Shown here: positions 1-11,700 of the stretch, piece by piece
Layout: every line of letters begins with the position of its first letter
Numbering within the stretch: the first letter of the stretch is position 1
The notes under the pieces: generated by a model
The model's input: only the letters and a program-made list of their open reading frames with translations
Told to the model about the DNA's origin: nothing
The model's database searches: none
Made by a program: the position numbers and the translations under genes
DNA from: a virus
Lineage: Duplodnaviria; Caudoviricetes
Strand: one strand, 5' to 3'
DNA length: 57,551 nucleotides
Virus record (IMG/VR): IMGVR_UViG_3300009158_000060
Span: 1-57,551 of that record

Positions 1-645
1 ATGACACCACAACAAAACAAATACTATCGAATGCTGAAAGAGCAGATGATGGTGCGTGCGGCAGGGGAAATCATCAGCGCAGTCAACGCGGGTGTTGCGG
101 TAAACAAGCTGCTACAAATATCCTGCGGTGCCGCGTACACAGACGACAGGGAGGTTGTGGAGTTCGACGCATCTCCTCGCCTACACGTGCTGGACGAAGT
201 GCTTGAGGAGACTGAACGCAAAGTCATCATCTTTGCGTTGTTCCGTTCCAGCATCGACACCATAGTGACGCACCTCAGCAAGCAAGGCTATGCCGTGGGA
301 CAGATTCATGGCGACGTGAGCGCCAGCAAACGTGGACAGATCATCGGCGACTTTCAGACCACTGACAGGATACGCGTGCTGGTCTTGCAACCACAAGCAA
401 CAGCGCACGGGATTACCCTAACTGCCGCAGACACTGTTGTGTTCTTTGGGCCACTGATGAGCGTGGAGATGTACACGCAATGTATCGCTCGCGCTGATCG
501 CAAAGGTCAAGACTCTGACAAAGTTACTGTGGTACACATTGAGTCAAGCCCGATTGAGAAAAAACTATTCAAGGCTATGGAGGGTAAAGTTGACGAGCAT
601 AAACTGCTTGTAAACATGTTTGACAGCGAAGTAAAAAATATTTAA
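1..645 (+). CDS. SNF2-family helicase, C-terminal (HELICc) half; N-terminal half probably outside the window
   Basis: KVIIFA, IHGDV, AHGITLTAAD and QCIARADRKGQ match SF2 helicase motifs IV-VI; no Walker A/DExH part present. Confidence 0.85.
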   Translation: MTPQQNKYYRMLKEQMMVRAAGEIISAVNAGVAVNKLLQISCGAAYTDDREVVEFDASPRLHVLDEVLEETERKVIIFALFRSSIDTIVTHLSKQGYAVGQIHGDVSASKRGQIIGDFQTTDRIRVLVLQPQATAHGITLTAADTVVFFGPLMSVEMYTQCIARADRKGQDSDKVTVVHIESSPIEKKLFKAMEGKVDEHKLLVNMFDSEVKNI

Positions 646-654
646 AGAAAGGAG

Positions 655-682
655 TTGCATTGGATTTTGTTCCGTGTATGAT
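655..682 (+). promoter_or_regulatory. putative sigma70 promoter
   Basis: TTGCAT-16 bp-TATGAT in the intergenic gap, upstream of RBS AGGAG (705) and GTG (716). Confidence 0.5.
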
Positions 683-715
683 GTTAAACGTTAGACAAAA
701 CAACAGGAGAAGCAA

Positions 716-1165
716 GTGACTACAACAATAGACGATGACGCTCCCGCACAAGAGGAGCACAACGAATTAACCACTGTCCCTATGGACAAGTTGGCTAAGG
801 TGTACCGTAAGATGGCGGCTCGAATTCAAGAGCTGACTCAAGCGTACGAAAACGAAGTTGAGGAAATCAAGCGGCAACAAGACACCGTGAAGATCGCACT
901 CAAAGATCAGATGCTTGCACTGGGCATGTCCTCTGTGCGCACTGACCAAGGCACTGTGGTGTTGTCAACAAAGACACGCTACAACACACAAGACTGGGAT
1001 TCATTCAAGACATTCGTGCTTCAACACGAAGCCGTTGACTTGTTGGAGAAGCGTATTGCGCAGACCAACATGGCAACATTCCTTGAAGACAACCCCGGCC
1101 TCGTACCACCCGGATTGAACTCATTAACTGAGTACGCAATCTCTGTTCGCAAACCAACCAAGTAA
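716..1165 (+). CDS. conserved phage replication-module protein (coiled coil)
   Basis: 149-aa ORF with strong RBS AGGAG, between helicase and SSB-like gene. Confidence 0.7.
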   Translation: MTTTIDDDAPAQEEHNELTTVPMDKLAKVYRKMAARIQELTQAYENEVEEIKRQQDTVKIALKDQMLALGMSSVRTDQGTVVLSTKTRYNTQDWDSFKTFVLQHEAVDLLEKRIAQTNMATFLEDNPGLVPPGLNSLTEYAISVRKPTK

Positions 1166-1181
1166 TCAGGAGAAATATCAC

Positions 1182-2135
1182 ATGACTAATGTGACGCTTT
1201 TTAACAAAGCAAACGTACCCGCGTTTGCAAAGAATCGTGAGGGCATGTCCTCAGTTGCTAAAGCTCTGGCTGGCAACAACGTAGATACATCCAAACGTAT
1301 CTCAATCAGAGGCGGCGTGTTCCGTCTGTACAGCGGCGGTAAAGAGATCGCTTCAATCGAAGAACGCTATCTGGACGTTGTGTTCGTTGCCGCTGCGCCA
1401 GACATTGGCCGCGTGTTCTACGCCAAGTCCTACGATGGTGAGGTGTCTGCGCCTGACTGCTGGTCGGCTGATGGTAAGACCCCCTCTATTGATGCGGGTA
1501 ACAAACAGCACGCCAACTGCAAAGACTGCCCACAGAATATTGCAGGGTCTGGTCAGAACAACAGCCGCGCATGCCGCTTCCAGCAACGTGTTGCCGTAGT
1601 ATTAGCCAACGATATGGATGGCGACATTCTCCAGTTGACTCTGCCAGCTAAGTCCATCTTTGGTGATGGTGAAGGTGACAACCGTCCGTTGAAGGCGTAC
1701 GTCAAGTGGTTGATGGCGCAACAAGACCCTATTGACCCCAGCTTGGTCGTGACGCGTCTGAAGTTTGATACCAAGTCGGAAAGCCCGAAGCTGTTCTTCA
1801 AAGAGATGCGCTGGTTGAACGATGACGAGTATGAGACAGTCTCCGCAAAAGCCGCTTCTCCCGAAGCCCAGCGTGCCGTTTCTATGACTATGCCGAAACC
1901 CGCTACGGTGGCGGCTCCTCTGGCTATTGCTGGCAAACGTCCTGCCGTGGCTGAAGTGGCTGAGGAAGAAGAACCGCCAGCACCAGCACCCAAGGCAAAG
2001 AAAGCCAAGGCCGCGCCTGCTGTGGAGGAAGAAAGCGAAGAGCCTACTGTGCGTAAGGAAGAGAAGAAGCCGAATGCCGTGCCTGCCAAGAAATCAAACT
2101 TGGCGGCAATGGTTGACGATTGGGAAGAAGACTAA
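1182..2135 (+). CDS. ssDNA-binding/annealing protein
   Basis: PDCWS...CKDCPQN...ACR Cys cluster, Ala/Lys/Glu linker, acidic-aromatic tail DDWEED, replication context. Confidence 0.6.
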   Translation: MTNVTLFNKANVPAFAKNREGMSSVAKALAGNNVDTSKRISIRGGVFRLYSGGKEIASIEERYLDVVFVAAAPDIGRVFYAKSYDGEVSAPDCWSADGKTPSIDAGNKQHANCKDCPQNIAGSGQNNSRACRFQQRVAVVLANDMDGDILQLTLPAKSIFGDGEGDNRPLKAYVKWLMAQQDPIDPSLVVTRLKFDTKSESPKLFFKEMRWLNDDEYETVSAKAASPEAQRAVSMTMPKPATVAAPLAIAGKRPAVAEVAEEEEPPAPAPKAKKAKAAPAVEEESEEPTVRKEEKKPNAVPAKKSNLAAMVDDWEED

Positions 2136-2140
2136 GGAGG

Positions 2141-2158
2141 AGGGGGCTTCGGCCCCTT
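2141..2158 (+). promoter_or_regulatory. UUCG-tetraloop hairpin between SSB and HTH genes
   Basis: GGGGC-TTCG-GCCCC, lying between GGAGG and ATG 2164; no long U tract. Confidence 0.5.
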
Positions 2159-2163
2159 ACAAC

Positions 2164-2442
2164 ATGGCTTACTCACAACAAACAATCAACATGGTCATGA
2201 AAGCGCCGAAGACGTTGGGTAACCAACTCGGGCGCTGGGCTGTTCACCACAACTTTTCTGTCGTAAGAATCTCTCAAGCACTTGGTGTTTCACGCCAATC
2301 TGTTTACAACTGGTTCGGCGGCGGCGAAGTTTTTGTAGCTTACCGGCCATCGGCAAGCTCACTTCTCAAAATCCTACAAACATCAAGCACAGCCGACGAG
2401 GCTTGGAGAAAAACATGCAAGGCATTCAACCTAAGCAACTGA
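2164..2442 (+). CDS. Cro-like HTH DNA-binding protein
   Basis: VVRISQALGVSRQSVYNWF helix-turn-helix; start reassigned to ATG 2164 (MAYSQQ). Confidence 0.7.
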   Translation: MAYSQQTINMVMKAPKTLGNQLGRWAVHHNFSVVRISQALGVSRQSVYNWFGGGEVFVAYRPSASSLLKILQTSSTADEAWRKTCKAFNLSN

Positions 2443-2624
2443 GTAACAACGAACTTCTACGCTACATCTACATCACGGGCTTCGACAAAGTTCCACCGGA
2501 CTGGGTTGAGACGCTTGTAGAACGCTTGGCTGGTTTTATTGATGCCAGAGAATCAATCTACCAAGATGGCTTTGAAGAAGGTTTTCAGCAAGGCGTAGCA
2601 CACGCTAACGACGACTTCAAATAA
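2415..2624 (+). CDS. hypothetical protein
   Basis: GGAG RBS, ATG 2415, overlaps the HTH gene end. Confidence 0.6.
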   Translation: MQGIQPKQLSNNELLRYIYITGFDKVPPDWVETLVERLAGFIDARESIYQDGFEEGFQQGVAHANDDFK

Positions 2625-2638
2625 CCCAAAGGATAGAC

Positions 2639-5548
2639 ATGACTCCGCTTGAGTTCCTAGCGGTGGTTTTGCCGTCTCCGGGTTTAGGCTCGTATTGCGC
2701 GGTAGAACTCACGAAAAGAAAACAACATGTGTTCACGGACACAATCGAGGAACTGCACCCCCACATAGACAACTGGAACAACGATAACTGCGACATCTTC
2801 TACGCTGTCTCATGCTTCAATGGAAAGAAGCGCGAAGCTGACAAAGCTACGCACGTAAAGTCTTTCTTTGTTGACTTGGACGGGTACGCATCAAAGAAAG
2901 ATGCAGTACTGGCGCTGGATGCGTTCATGGCAAAGGTCGGGCTTGATGCGCTCGGCAAACCGTGGATTGTTGGTTCAGGTGGGGGACTGCATTGCTACTG
3001 GCCGATGTCCCGCGACATGACGATTGCTGAATGGCGACCTGTTGCGCAGAACATAAAACTTCTATGCAAACAAGAAGGTATGGTCATCGACATGGCTGTC
3101 ACCGCAGATGCGGCTAGGCTGATGCGGGTGCCGGGCACCAAGAACCACAAGAAGAAGTATGTGCAACCTCTTCCTGTAAAGCTGTTGATGGAAGGCGACC
3201 TGTTTGACTTTGATGCGTTTGCTGAAGTCATTAACTCCAACCTCAAGGAGAAGGCACCACCGCAAGCTGACCCCATCATGTTGCCGGGGGCGCGGCCAAA
3301 GAACGTGAAGACAACTGCACAGATCAAGATGATGCAGAACAGCCGCACAGTCTTTGCCGAGTTCCAACCTCACTGCGCCCAGATTGCTGACTACGTTGCC
3401 ACAGCCCAAGAGGACGGCAAAGAACCTATCTGGAGGGCGTTGCTGTCATGGGCTAAGGTCTGTGATGATGGTATGGAACACGCGATTAAGCTAAGCGACC
3501 TGCACCCGTACCCACACGAGCGCATGCACCAGAAGTTGGCTGAGATCAAAGGGCCGTACTCTTGCTTGGCATTAGACTCGCTGAACCCCGGGATATGCAC
3601 AAGTTGTCCACACTGGGGGAAGATTACAAATCCGCTGATCCTTGGCAGGGAGATCAAGGTTGACAACACAGAGAAAGTCATACCGCTAAATACTGTCAGC
3701 GAAGACTTTGTAGAAGAAGAATTCTTTGCGCTTGAGGATGCAGGAGACAGCGACGAACCAGAACACATTGATGCAGTCAAGCGCCCTCCTCCACCACGTG
3801 GGTACAGCTACGGCGAGAACGGCGGTGTGTACTTTGTAAGGATTGATGAAGACGAGGACGGCAAGAAATCCAAGAAGACTACGCAGCTTGTTCCGTACGA
3901 CTTGTTTGTGGTTGACCTGCTTAAGATGGAGGAAGACCATCTGGTTCACATGGCCGCTGTGCGTCCCGAAGGCGTGCTGACACTTAACTTCCCACAGAAA
4001 TCAATCGTGAGCAAGGACGAGACTCTCAAGTGGCTGGCAAGCCAGAACATCGTGTCCACATTTGCTGGCTTCGACAAACAGCTTTATGAGTATGTACGCG
4101 CTTGTGTAGGTGAGGCATCGCAGTCCAAGAAGCCCATCGTTGTGCCGTACCAATGTGGTTGGCAAGAGAACGACAGCTTTGTTTACAACCACCGCGTGTT
4201 CAGCAAAGATGGTGGAGAGACCCGCGTCCCGATGCCCGGCCTTGAGAACATCAACCGCAACACATCGGGGGCTGGCAGTATAGATAAGTGGCGTGAGTTG
4301 TGGCAGACCATATTCGTGAACAAGCCCGGCATGAATACCGCGCTGGCTGTGTGTCTGGATTCGTTCGGTGCACCACTGATGCGGTTCACGGAGTACGAGG
4401 GGTTTGTGTGGCACATTGGTTCACGCCATTCTGGTACTGGTAAATCACTGGTGCTGAGCGCAAAGGCTGGCGTGTGGGGACACCCACTGCGGTACAGAAC
4501 AGGTAAGGGCACATCTCCGGTTGCAATGCAGCAACGTGCAGGTCTGCTTAACAGCATGCCGCTTCTGATTGACGAGATCACAAACACCCAACGTGCCAAC
4601 ATGGAGTGGGCACCAACGTTTATCTTTGACTTTGCTGAAGCGCAGGGCAAGGAGCGTATGGAGTCTGGTGCAAACAAAGAACGCATCAACAACACGACAT
4701 GGAAGACAACGTGCACCATGACTTCCAACGAAAGCCTGACAGACTACATGGCAGGGGCAAGGAAGTTCAGCTCAAACGGTGAGCTTCTGCGTATGCTGGA
4801 GTGGAATCCAAACGTCAAACTGGAATGGACTCCGCAAGAACGTGAAATTCTGTTGGAGATGAAGCACAACTATGGCGTGGCTGGAGAAGCGTGGATCAGG
4901 TGGCTGACAAAGAACCAGCACGTTGCAGAACAAGTTGTAGCCAAGACGCACAAGCACTTGAAAAAGGTCATGGACTTCGATGATGACGAACGCTACTGGC
5001 ACGCTGGTTGCACGGTCATTGTTGCGGCGGCTGTGCTTCTTCGCAGGGACTACGCCGGTATCATTGATGTAGAGGTGCAGAAAGTTATTGATGCGCTTAA
5101 GCTTGTTGTTGAGAAAGCCCGTGGCATTATCCGTGGCAGTGTGCGCACCGCTGAGGATGTATTGAACGCCTACACCGGAGACAACTACGGAAGCTTCATC
5201 ATCATTAAGAAAGCTGAGGGTCGCCTGATGGCCGCATGGGGGGATGGCGAGTCTGTTGACAAGTCGCTCACCAGATCAAAAGTACTTGGACGTGTTGAGC
5301 ATGGGACGCTTGCAGATGGATTCAGAGAGTATTACATTGAGGAACAACTTCTCAGGAAGCATTGCGTCAGCATGAGCTTTAGCTACGATGACTTTAAGAA
5401 GCAGATGGAGAAGATGTTTCGCGTCAAGTACTCCAAGAAAGATATGCTGGGCAAGACCAACGGCCCATCCATGCGCGTCAACGCTATGCACATAACTTTT
5501 GAGGAAGAGCAGTTCAATGGAAATAATCTATCCGTGGGCGACACTTAA
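2639..5548 (+). CDS. primase-helicase (AEP/RepB-like primase, Cys-rich linker, DUF927-like SF3 helicase)
   Basis: FFVDLD, SGGGLHCYW and DAARLMRVPGT primase motifs; CTSCPH; Walker A GSRHSGTGKS; Walker B LLIDE. Confidence 0.85.
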   Translation: MTPLEFLAVVLPSPGLGSYCAVELTKRKQHVFTDTIEELHPHIDNWNNDNCDIFYAVSCFNGKKREADKATHVKSFFVDLDGYASKKDAVLALDAFMAKVGLDALGKPWIVGSGGGLHCYWPMSRDMTIAEWRPVAQNIKLLCKQEGMVIDMAVTADAARLMRVPGTKNHKKKYVQPLPVKLLMEGDLFDFDAFAEVINSNLKEKAPPQADPIMLPGARPKNVKTTAQIKMMQNSRTVFAEFQPHCAQIADYVATAQEDGKEPIWRALLSWAKVCDDGMEHAIKLSDLHPYPHERMHQKLAEIKGPYSCLALDSLNPGICTSCPHWGKITNPLILGREIKVDNTEKVIPLNTVSEDFVEEEFFALEDAGDSDEPEHIDAVKRPPPPRGYSYGENGGVYFVRIDEDEDGKKSKKTTQLVPYDLFVVDLLKMEEDHLVHMAAVRPEGVLTLNFPQKSIVSKDETLKWLASQNIVSTFAGFDKQLYEYVRACVGEASQSKKPIVVPYQCGWQENDSFVYNHRVFSKDGGETRVPMPGLENINRNTSGAGSIDKWRELWQTIFVNKPGMNTALAVCLDSFGAPLMRFTEYEGFVWHIGSRHSGTGKSLVLSAKAGVWGHPLRYRTGKGTSPVAMQQRAGLLNSMPLLIDEITNTQRANMEWAPTFIFDFAEAQGKERMESGANKERINNTTWKTTCTMTSNESLTDYMAGARKFSSNGELLRMLEWNPNVKLEWTPQEREILLEMKHNYGVAGEAWIRWLTKNQHVAEQVVAKTHKHLKKVMDFDDDERYWHAGCTVIVAAAVLLRRDYAGIIDVEVQKVIDALKLVVEKARGIIRGSVRTAEDVLNAYTGDNYGSFIIIKKAEGRLMAAWGDGESVDKSLTRSKVLGRVEHGTLADGFREYYIEEQLLRKHCVSMSFSYDDFKKQMEKMFRVKYSKKDMLGKTNGPSMRVNAMHITFEEEQFNGNNLSVGDT

Positions 5549-5735
5549 ACCGGGGGAGGGGTTTTTTGTTCCCGGGTTGGATGTCGTAAAGATAAAGGAA
5601 CTGGGGCTACGCGCCTCAGTTCCTTACAAGTACCGGACTCAATCCTTTATTGGTATCAGAAAGGGGTTGATAGGTGTATGGTTTTATCGGAAACCTGTCT
5701 CACAGTCTCCGCCACGGCGATCTTTATCTTCCTGA
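5517..5735 (+). CDS. small hypothetical protein
   Basis: ATG 5517, YPWATLKPGEGFFVP motif; overlaps primase end and the 3' end of the convergent giant gene. Confidence 0.5.
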   Translation: MEIIYPWATLKPGEGFFVPGLDVVKIKELGLRASVPYKYRTQSFIGIRKGLIGVWFYRKPVSQSPPRRSLSS

Positions 5736-8700
5736 TACTGTCGAGTTGCGCACGCTTTTCTTCTGGCGACATGTTTGATGCGGCAATCGCCCGTTCAGCT
5801 TGAGTCAACTTATTCATGTTGGCTTTAAACTTGTTGGCCATATCGGCTTGCATGTACTCATTGCCGCGACGTTGCAGTAAACCCATTGCGCCAGACATGT
5901 TGCCTTCTTTCACCATCTGGTCAAACGTGTGCTTAACCTTGAGGTTCTCGTTCATGCGCTCGTACACGTTGTTGATGATGCCGCCAGCGTCATTGGGTTG
6001 GAACGCACCACCAACAATAGGGTAGTCTGACAGCCGCTTAACAGCTTGCTCAGGGGTTTCACTTGCGGGTATGCCCACACTGAGTGCGTGCATGAACGCT
6101 GTACCCATAGTGCCGGTGTAGCCACTGATGAGCTGCTCAAACACAATGGGGGAGATGCCCAGTGCTTTACCAACACTTTTGGCCAACTCTGATGTGTTGG
6201 CGCGGAACTGTTCTTCCGGCAGTAGCTGCTTCTCACGCGCAGACAAAATATCCCTACCTGTGTAGAACGACTTGCCAAGCCCGGCTTCAATAGCGGGTTT
6301 CATTATCTGCGGTATGCCGTATGACGAACCGCCGGGTATTGTCTGAAGCAGAATTTGTTTGAACGCTTGCACAGCTTCTTCGCCGCCATGCTCATTGACC
6401 ATGCTGTTGTACAACGCCTCAGGCAACGCTTTGAAAATGTAACCAACTTCAAACGGAACTGGTATACGTACAGGCTCATCCAAACCCGGAATGCGCACAA
6501 ACCAGTTGCCGTATTTTTGGTCAGGGGTAGCGTTCTTGTACGCGTCGTCGTCCTGCATCAAAGCGGCATAGGCAAGGCTGGCCACGGCCATCATGGCACC
6601 ACGCTGTAACATCTTTTCACGGATACGCAGTTGATCGTTGAAAGGCATTTTGCCCATTGACGCTTTGTACAACACGTTCAGACCTTGAATCTGTGCGTTG
6701 AAGAACGGTATCAGTGCATTGGCTACATGTATTGATGGGGACGCGCCTCGCTTGTTGAAGTTCATTGACTCCAGCGCCAACAGTGTTGCCTCCATCTCAG
6801 ACAAACCTTGGTTAATGTAGCTGTTGTACTGCGCACGGCGTGTCGTAGCATCTGCCTCCATACCCATAGCTTCAAGCTTGCCAAGCGCAGACATCCAGCC
6901 CGGCTTGCCCTCAGACACATCACGCAGAATCTTGGTGAGGTCGGCGGCACCGCCAGTAAACTGCTGCCCACCGGTAATACCACGGCGCTCAAGTGTCTGC
7001 TTGGTTGAGGAGTTCAGTTCTTTCAGCGCACCAATGACCGGCATGAAGTCAGCACCCGAGATGATGGGCGCGGCCACAGAGTCACGGAACAACTGCTTCG
7101 CCATGTACAACGGGCTGATAGTAATTGCTTTACGCAACAACAAAGATGGCATCGCCATGACGCGCAACATTGCGGGCATCTGTGTAGGAATACCCTCCAT
7201 ACCTTTGACCAGTATGTCGGCGGGCACGCCAGTATCAAATTCCTTGTTGCCGATCTTGACCTTCTCGGTAGCCAGCACTGCGTAACGATCTTCCCCGTCA
7301 ACACGGAACTTGACCACGTTGGTGCCAGAAGATATTTTTACAAACTTAGCGGCGTTCAGATCAACAAGTTCATGCACAGCATTCTTGGTTGCCAAATTGC
7401 GCATGCCCATATCCATCAACAAGTTGGTGTTTTGCACAGAGCTTGTCAAAAAGTCAAGGATAGGGTTCTCACCGCCAACTAACTCATGTAGGTATGGTTG
7501 CTCCGCAATGCTGCCTATGCGGATAGGAGACTCACTACCAATCACAAGCTCGGCCACGCCGTTGCGTTCACGATAGAACGGAATGTAATCATTCTCGCTG
7601 AGCAGACGCTTTGCAACATCTTTAGATAGAGCGCCAGTGCTGACAACAAAGTTCACCAAGTTGCGGTTGTACGCGTTGTACTCATCTCGCGCACGTTTGA
7701 ACACATCTTCTAAGCCGGGTGTTGCCTTGATGGCGGCCATAGTGTCGTTCAGCAGTTCCTGTGTCACGCCTTCACCAAAGTTCAGTGAACTCAGACCTTT
7801 GTTACCTGCACGGATAGATGCCATATACATGGTGAATTGCCTGTTGACCGCTTCAGCATTGCCGACCATTGGCTGTGCGTCTTTCAGAATCTGCACCACG
7901 TTGTGGATGTTAGCGCTCTCTTTGCTCTCCAGTACGCGCTCAACGCGTCCGTCGGGACGAGTCTTCTCAGTGATTGCTGGTGCACCGTTAGAGATTGCCT
8001 GTGACACAAAGTTCATGCGCTGGTCGTACATGCGCAAGTAGTACAGCATTTGCGTACCCTTGAGCGGCTCCATGTATTTGGCCAGACGCTCGAAGCCTGC
8101 AAACCTATCAACAAGCTGTGTCTCAAAAGCTAGACCTGTGGCGTTGGCCTTAATCTTTTCAGACCAGCCTTTTTGTTTAGCCACAATCTTGTCAACAAAC
8201 TCACTGTGTTTGGCAATCTCTGGGTTGGTGTATTCCGCTGAACGCGAGAACAGCATCTCGCCTTTTTGCCTTGGTTGTGTTTGACTGACTGGGTTGATGT
8301 CAGTAGCGATGATCTGCGCACCTTCATCTTTGTCGCTGAAATCAACGTAATTGTATGTACCGGGCGCTGCTGTGTATAAGGAAGCGTGTCTTGATACAGC
8401 ATCAAAAAACTTTACACCCGCAACGCCTTCGGCATGCAACATTTCAGACGTAAACATAGGGCACAACTCACTTGGCATACCACTTTGTTCAAGCACAGCA
8501 CTTAAAGCGTTATATAAATCACTCCCGCTTTGCCGATCTGGCCGTACATGGCCTATTGAACGGTTAAATACTGCTTGCTGTCTGCTGTCTAACAAATCAT
8601 AGATACGTTTGAACGCATCTTTAACAACTTCTGTTTGTTTGTCTGCATGTTGATCCCAAAGAATGTATTCGTTTTCAGGCCGCGTGTGTAGTGTACGCAT

Positions 8701-11700
8701 CATGTAACCCGCTGGCTCAGGCACAGGCGGCCCAGATGGCGGGTTGTATTGAAAGTCGTTTACGTCAAGCGCGTCAATAGTGTCTAGAACTTCTTTTGCC
8801 GTGTTGTATGCGTCTTTTGACGCAGGGTTTTCAAAACCTTCAAAGTCTTTTAAATCCTTTTTAGCCTCAACTTTTGTTGCAGCAATAGCTTCTTTCCAAG
8901 TTGGCGGAGTGCCGTTGTTTTCTCTAATAGTATTTTCAAAAACATTTACTGTGTATGCGGCAGCTCTGTTTGTGTTCCACAATTCATGAAACTGTTTGCC
9001 CTTGTAAACCGCATTTACAAAAGGAACTTTTAAATGTTCATCCGCAGTTTCTGCAAACTTTTTAAGTTCTTTAATTTTCTTATCTACTTCTGCAACGGAT
9101 AATTCACGCATCCATTCAACACGCCAACTTGTAGGTTTGGCAATAGGCGTTTTTAACTTAGTGTTCACAACAATAGGTCTGGCAACAGTTCGTGCGGGTG
9201 TTGCAGTTACAGGCCCGTACCCATAGTCTTTAACTGGCAATGCAGATGCGGGTAAAGCTGCTAAAGCATGTTTTGGCCTTTCTTCTTCAATGTTTTCTAT
9301 TTCGCCTTGAACAGCTTCTTTAAAAATTTTATACGGGTTTTCACCGGTTTGCGCGTTATTAACTTCGCGCAAAGGCATGTTTAAAAACTGTTCTGGGATA
9401 CCCGCTGGCAGTTTGCCTGTAAATTCAGGTTCTTGACTTTTAAACCACGCTCTTATGTCTGAACGATCTACCCACTGGTCATACAGGCCACCTGTTTTTG
9501 TAACTGCTTCTACACGGTAATAATCGGCCGTTCCATATCTTTGCCCGCGATATGTTCCCCAACCAAAAGTTTGCATCCCTGAACCAGTACTCATATGTGT
9601 ATGGTCAAACATGTCAAAAGTAACGCCTGTACCGTGCCAAGTTCCTTTGAGTTCAATGTGCGCCGCGCCGTAGGCAAAGTTAACCAAGTCGCCAGCAGTC
9701 AAGTTCTTAGAAGTGATGCCAAACTTTTCAAGCGCTTTTTTAAACGCATCCACCACCATATTCAACCAGTTCTTGACTGCGTTGCCACCTTTAACGCCGA
9801 CAGGCTCAACACCCATCTGCATGGCTTCTTCAACAGCATATGCCAACAACTCATCGTCAATCTGGTGTGGGGGAGTGTTAGCAGCCTCAACCCTGCGCAC
9901 GGCGGCTTTACCAACACGCGCTTCCATTGAGTCTTCAGTTTTGTTTGCCCAGTTCTTAACTGTCTTGACCAACGCGTTGTACTGGCCTTCATTAAAGAAA
10001 TTGCGGAACCCCATGTGCACGCCAACTTCGTGGAGCAGCACGCCAAGTCCGTGACCTTTACCAATGTTGTTGGCAAACAGTACCGCTTTGCCGTTTTGAA
10101 CAAAGCCTTTGGCATTTGTTGGAATCTTGTTGCGCAAATCGTTTCGAGTGACTTCTTTAAACTTGCTCAGGTATTCGTCAAGATTTTCATACACTGCTAA
10201 CTTCTCGGAAACCATTGCCTCAATCTTGCGCCCAGTAACTGGCTCGCCCATACCGGCGGTGAGTTCTGCTTCAAGCTCCGCCTTGGTCAATCCTTTAACT
10301 GGTGTACCACGAGAAAATTCAAAGTCGTCAAACAATCCCATATTGGGATCAACCATTTTGCCTTGCTTACGCTTGCTTGGTTCTTTCAACTGCGGGGCTT
10401 TGGTGCCAAGAATTTGTTTGGCCAAAGCATTGGCATCACGCAATTCAGCGCGATCCATCTCATCCATTTCTGCTGGAGTAAACGCTTTTGCTACGCCTGA
10501 CCCAGTACGGAATGGTTTAGCCGCCGCCAACGCGGCAGTGCTTGGCACAGTAGCTGCCTTGGGTGCTTTAGCTGGCTTGCCTGTAAGGAACACTTCTTTT
10601 TGCGCTTCCAACGAAGCCAGCTTCTGCATAGCGCCCAGCTTGAGCGTTGCCTGTACACGTTTGACGTTGGTTGTCTTGGGGTCGGCCATGATGTCGGCCA
10701 ACTGATTTGTGTCTTCTGGCCCCATGAACGTCTGCACTTCACCACGTGCGTCAAAGATTTCGTCATCAAATATCTGAATCTGTTTGTCTTTGACTCGTTG
10801 AAGTACTGCGGCCTCATCAACTTCTTTTGCCGCCTGCATACCGTTGTCGCGCAAATCATCAAGACGCTTCTGTTCTGGCGTGTTGATGTCTGCAACCTTG
10901 CGGCCTTTTTCAAACACTGCGCCGGGCAAGTCTTTGACGCTGATGCCGTCCTTTTTGAACGCAGCAGTAACCTTGGGCCACCATACCTGCACATTTTTCT
11001 GAAACTCATCCGCACGTTTCTTGGCTTCATCCACAGCAGCTTGCTGTGCTTTTACTTGTGACTCTACGCGTTGTGCAGAGAATGGGTACTTGAGTTTGCC
11101 TAGTTCGCCTGCTCTGCCAGTTTCAACCGCAGTCAAAGGTTCTTTGCGCATGTCTGCCAACTGGCGCTCAAGTAGTTCTAGATACTCACGTTCTGTCTTG
11201 AGGTCTTTGTCCAGCATGGCTTCGGTGACAACAACGTCGTTTTCAATTTCACCAAAGCGGGTTTCTTGCAAGTCGGCCAGTTCTGTTTCAGCGGTCTCAA
11301 TGTTTTCAACAAGCCCTTGAACTTTTTGCAAGTTGTTAATTAAGTTTGGCGCTTGGCCAGTACCCTCAGTCATTTCTTTCTTGGCTGCTTCAATCTGTGA
11401 CTCAACAGTAGCCAGACGTGTCTTGGCCGCTTTCAAAGCACGACGTGCGCGTTCAATTTCAGGATCAAGCAACTCACCCAACGTATCAGACAAACGCTGT
11501 CGGGCTTTGCCCATCGCGGTGGCCATAGCCTTTTGATACGCATTACGCTGGTTCTGAAGTGAAACTTCTGAGTCAAGCATTGCGCGTTGGCCGTCAGTCA
11601 ACATAACTGAGTTACGCAAACTATCTTTGATGAGCTTTAACTTCTCCAGTAGTGGTTCAACAGTTTTACGAGCTGCTTCTGATTGTTTACGCACAGCCGC

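Noticed and set aside
1-645. Naturally split helicase gene
   Set aside because: The ORF starts at the window edge, so truncation cannot be distinguished from a real start
1927-2163. N-terminal extension of the HTH ORF
   Set aside because: Overlaps the SSB gene out of frame; ATG 2164 is the more plausible start
5550-5576. Terminator-like CCGGG...TTTTTT...CCCGG after the primase
   Set aside because: The T run is inside the loop, not after the stem, and the sequence encodes PGEGFFVP of the small ORF
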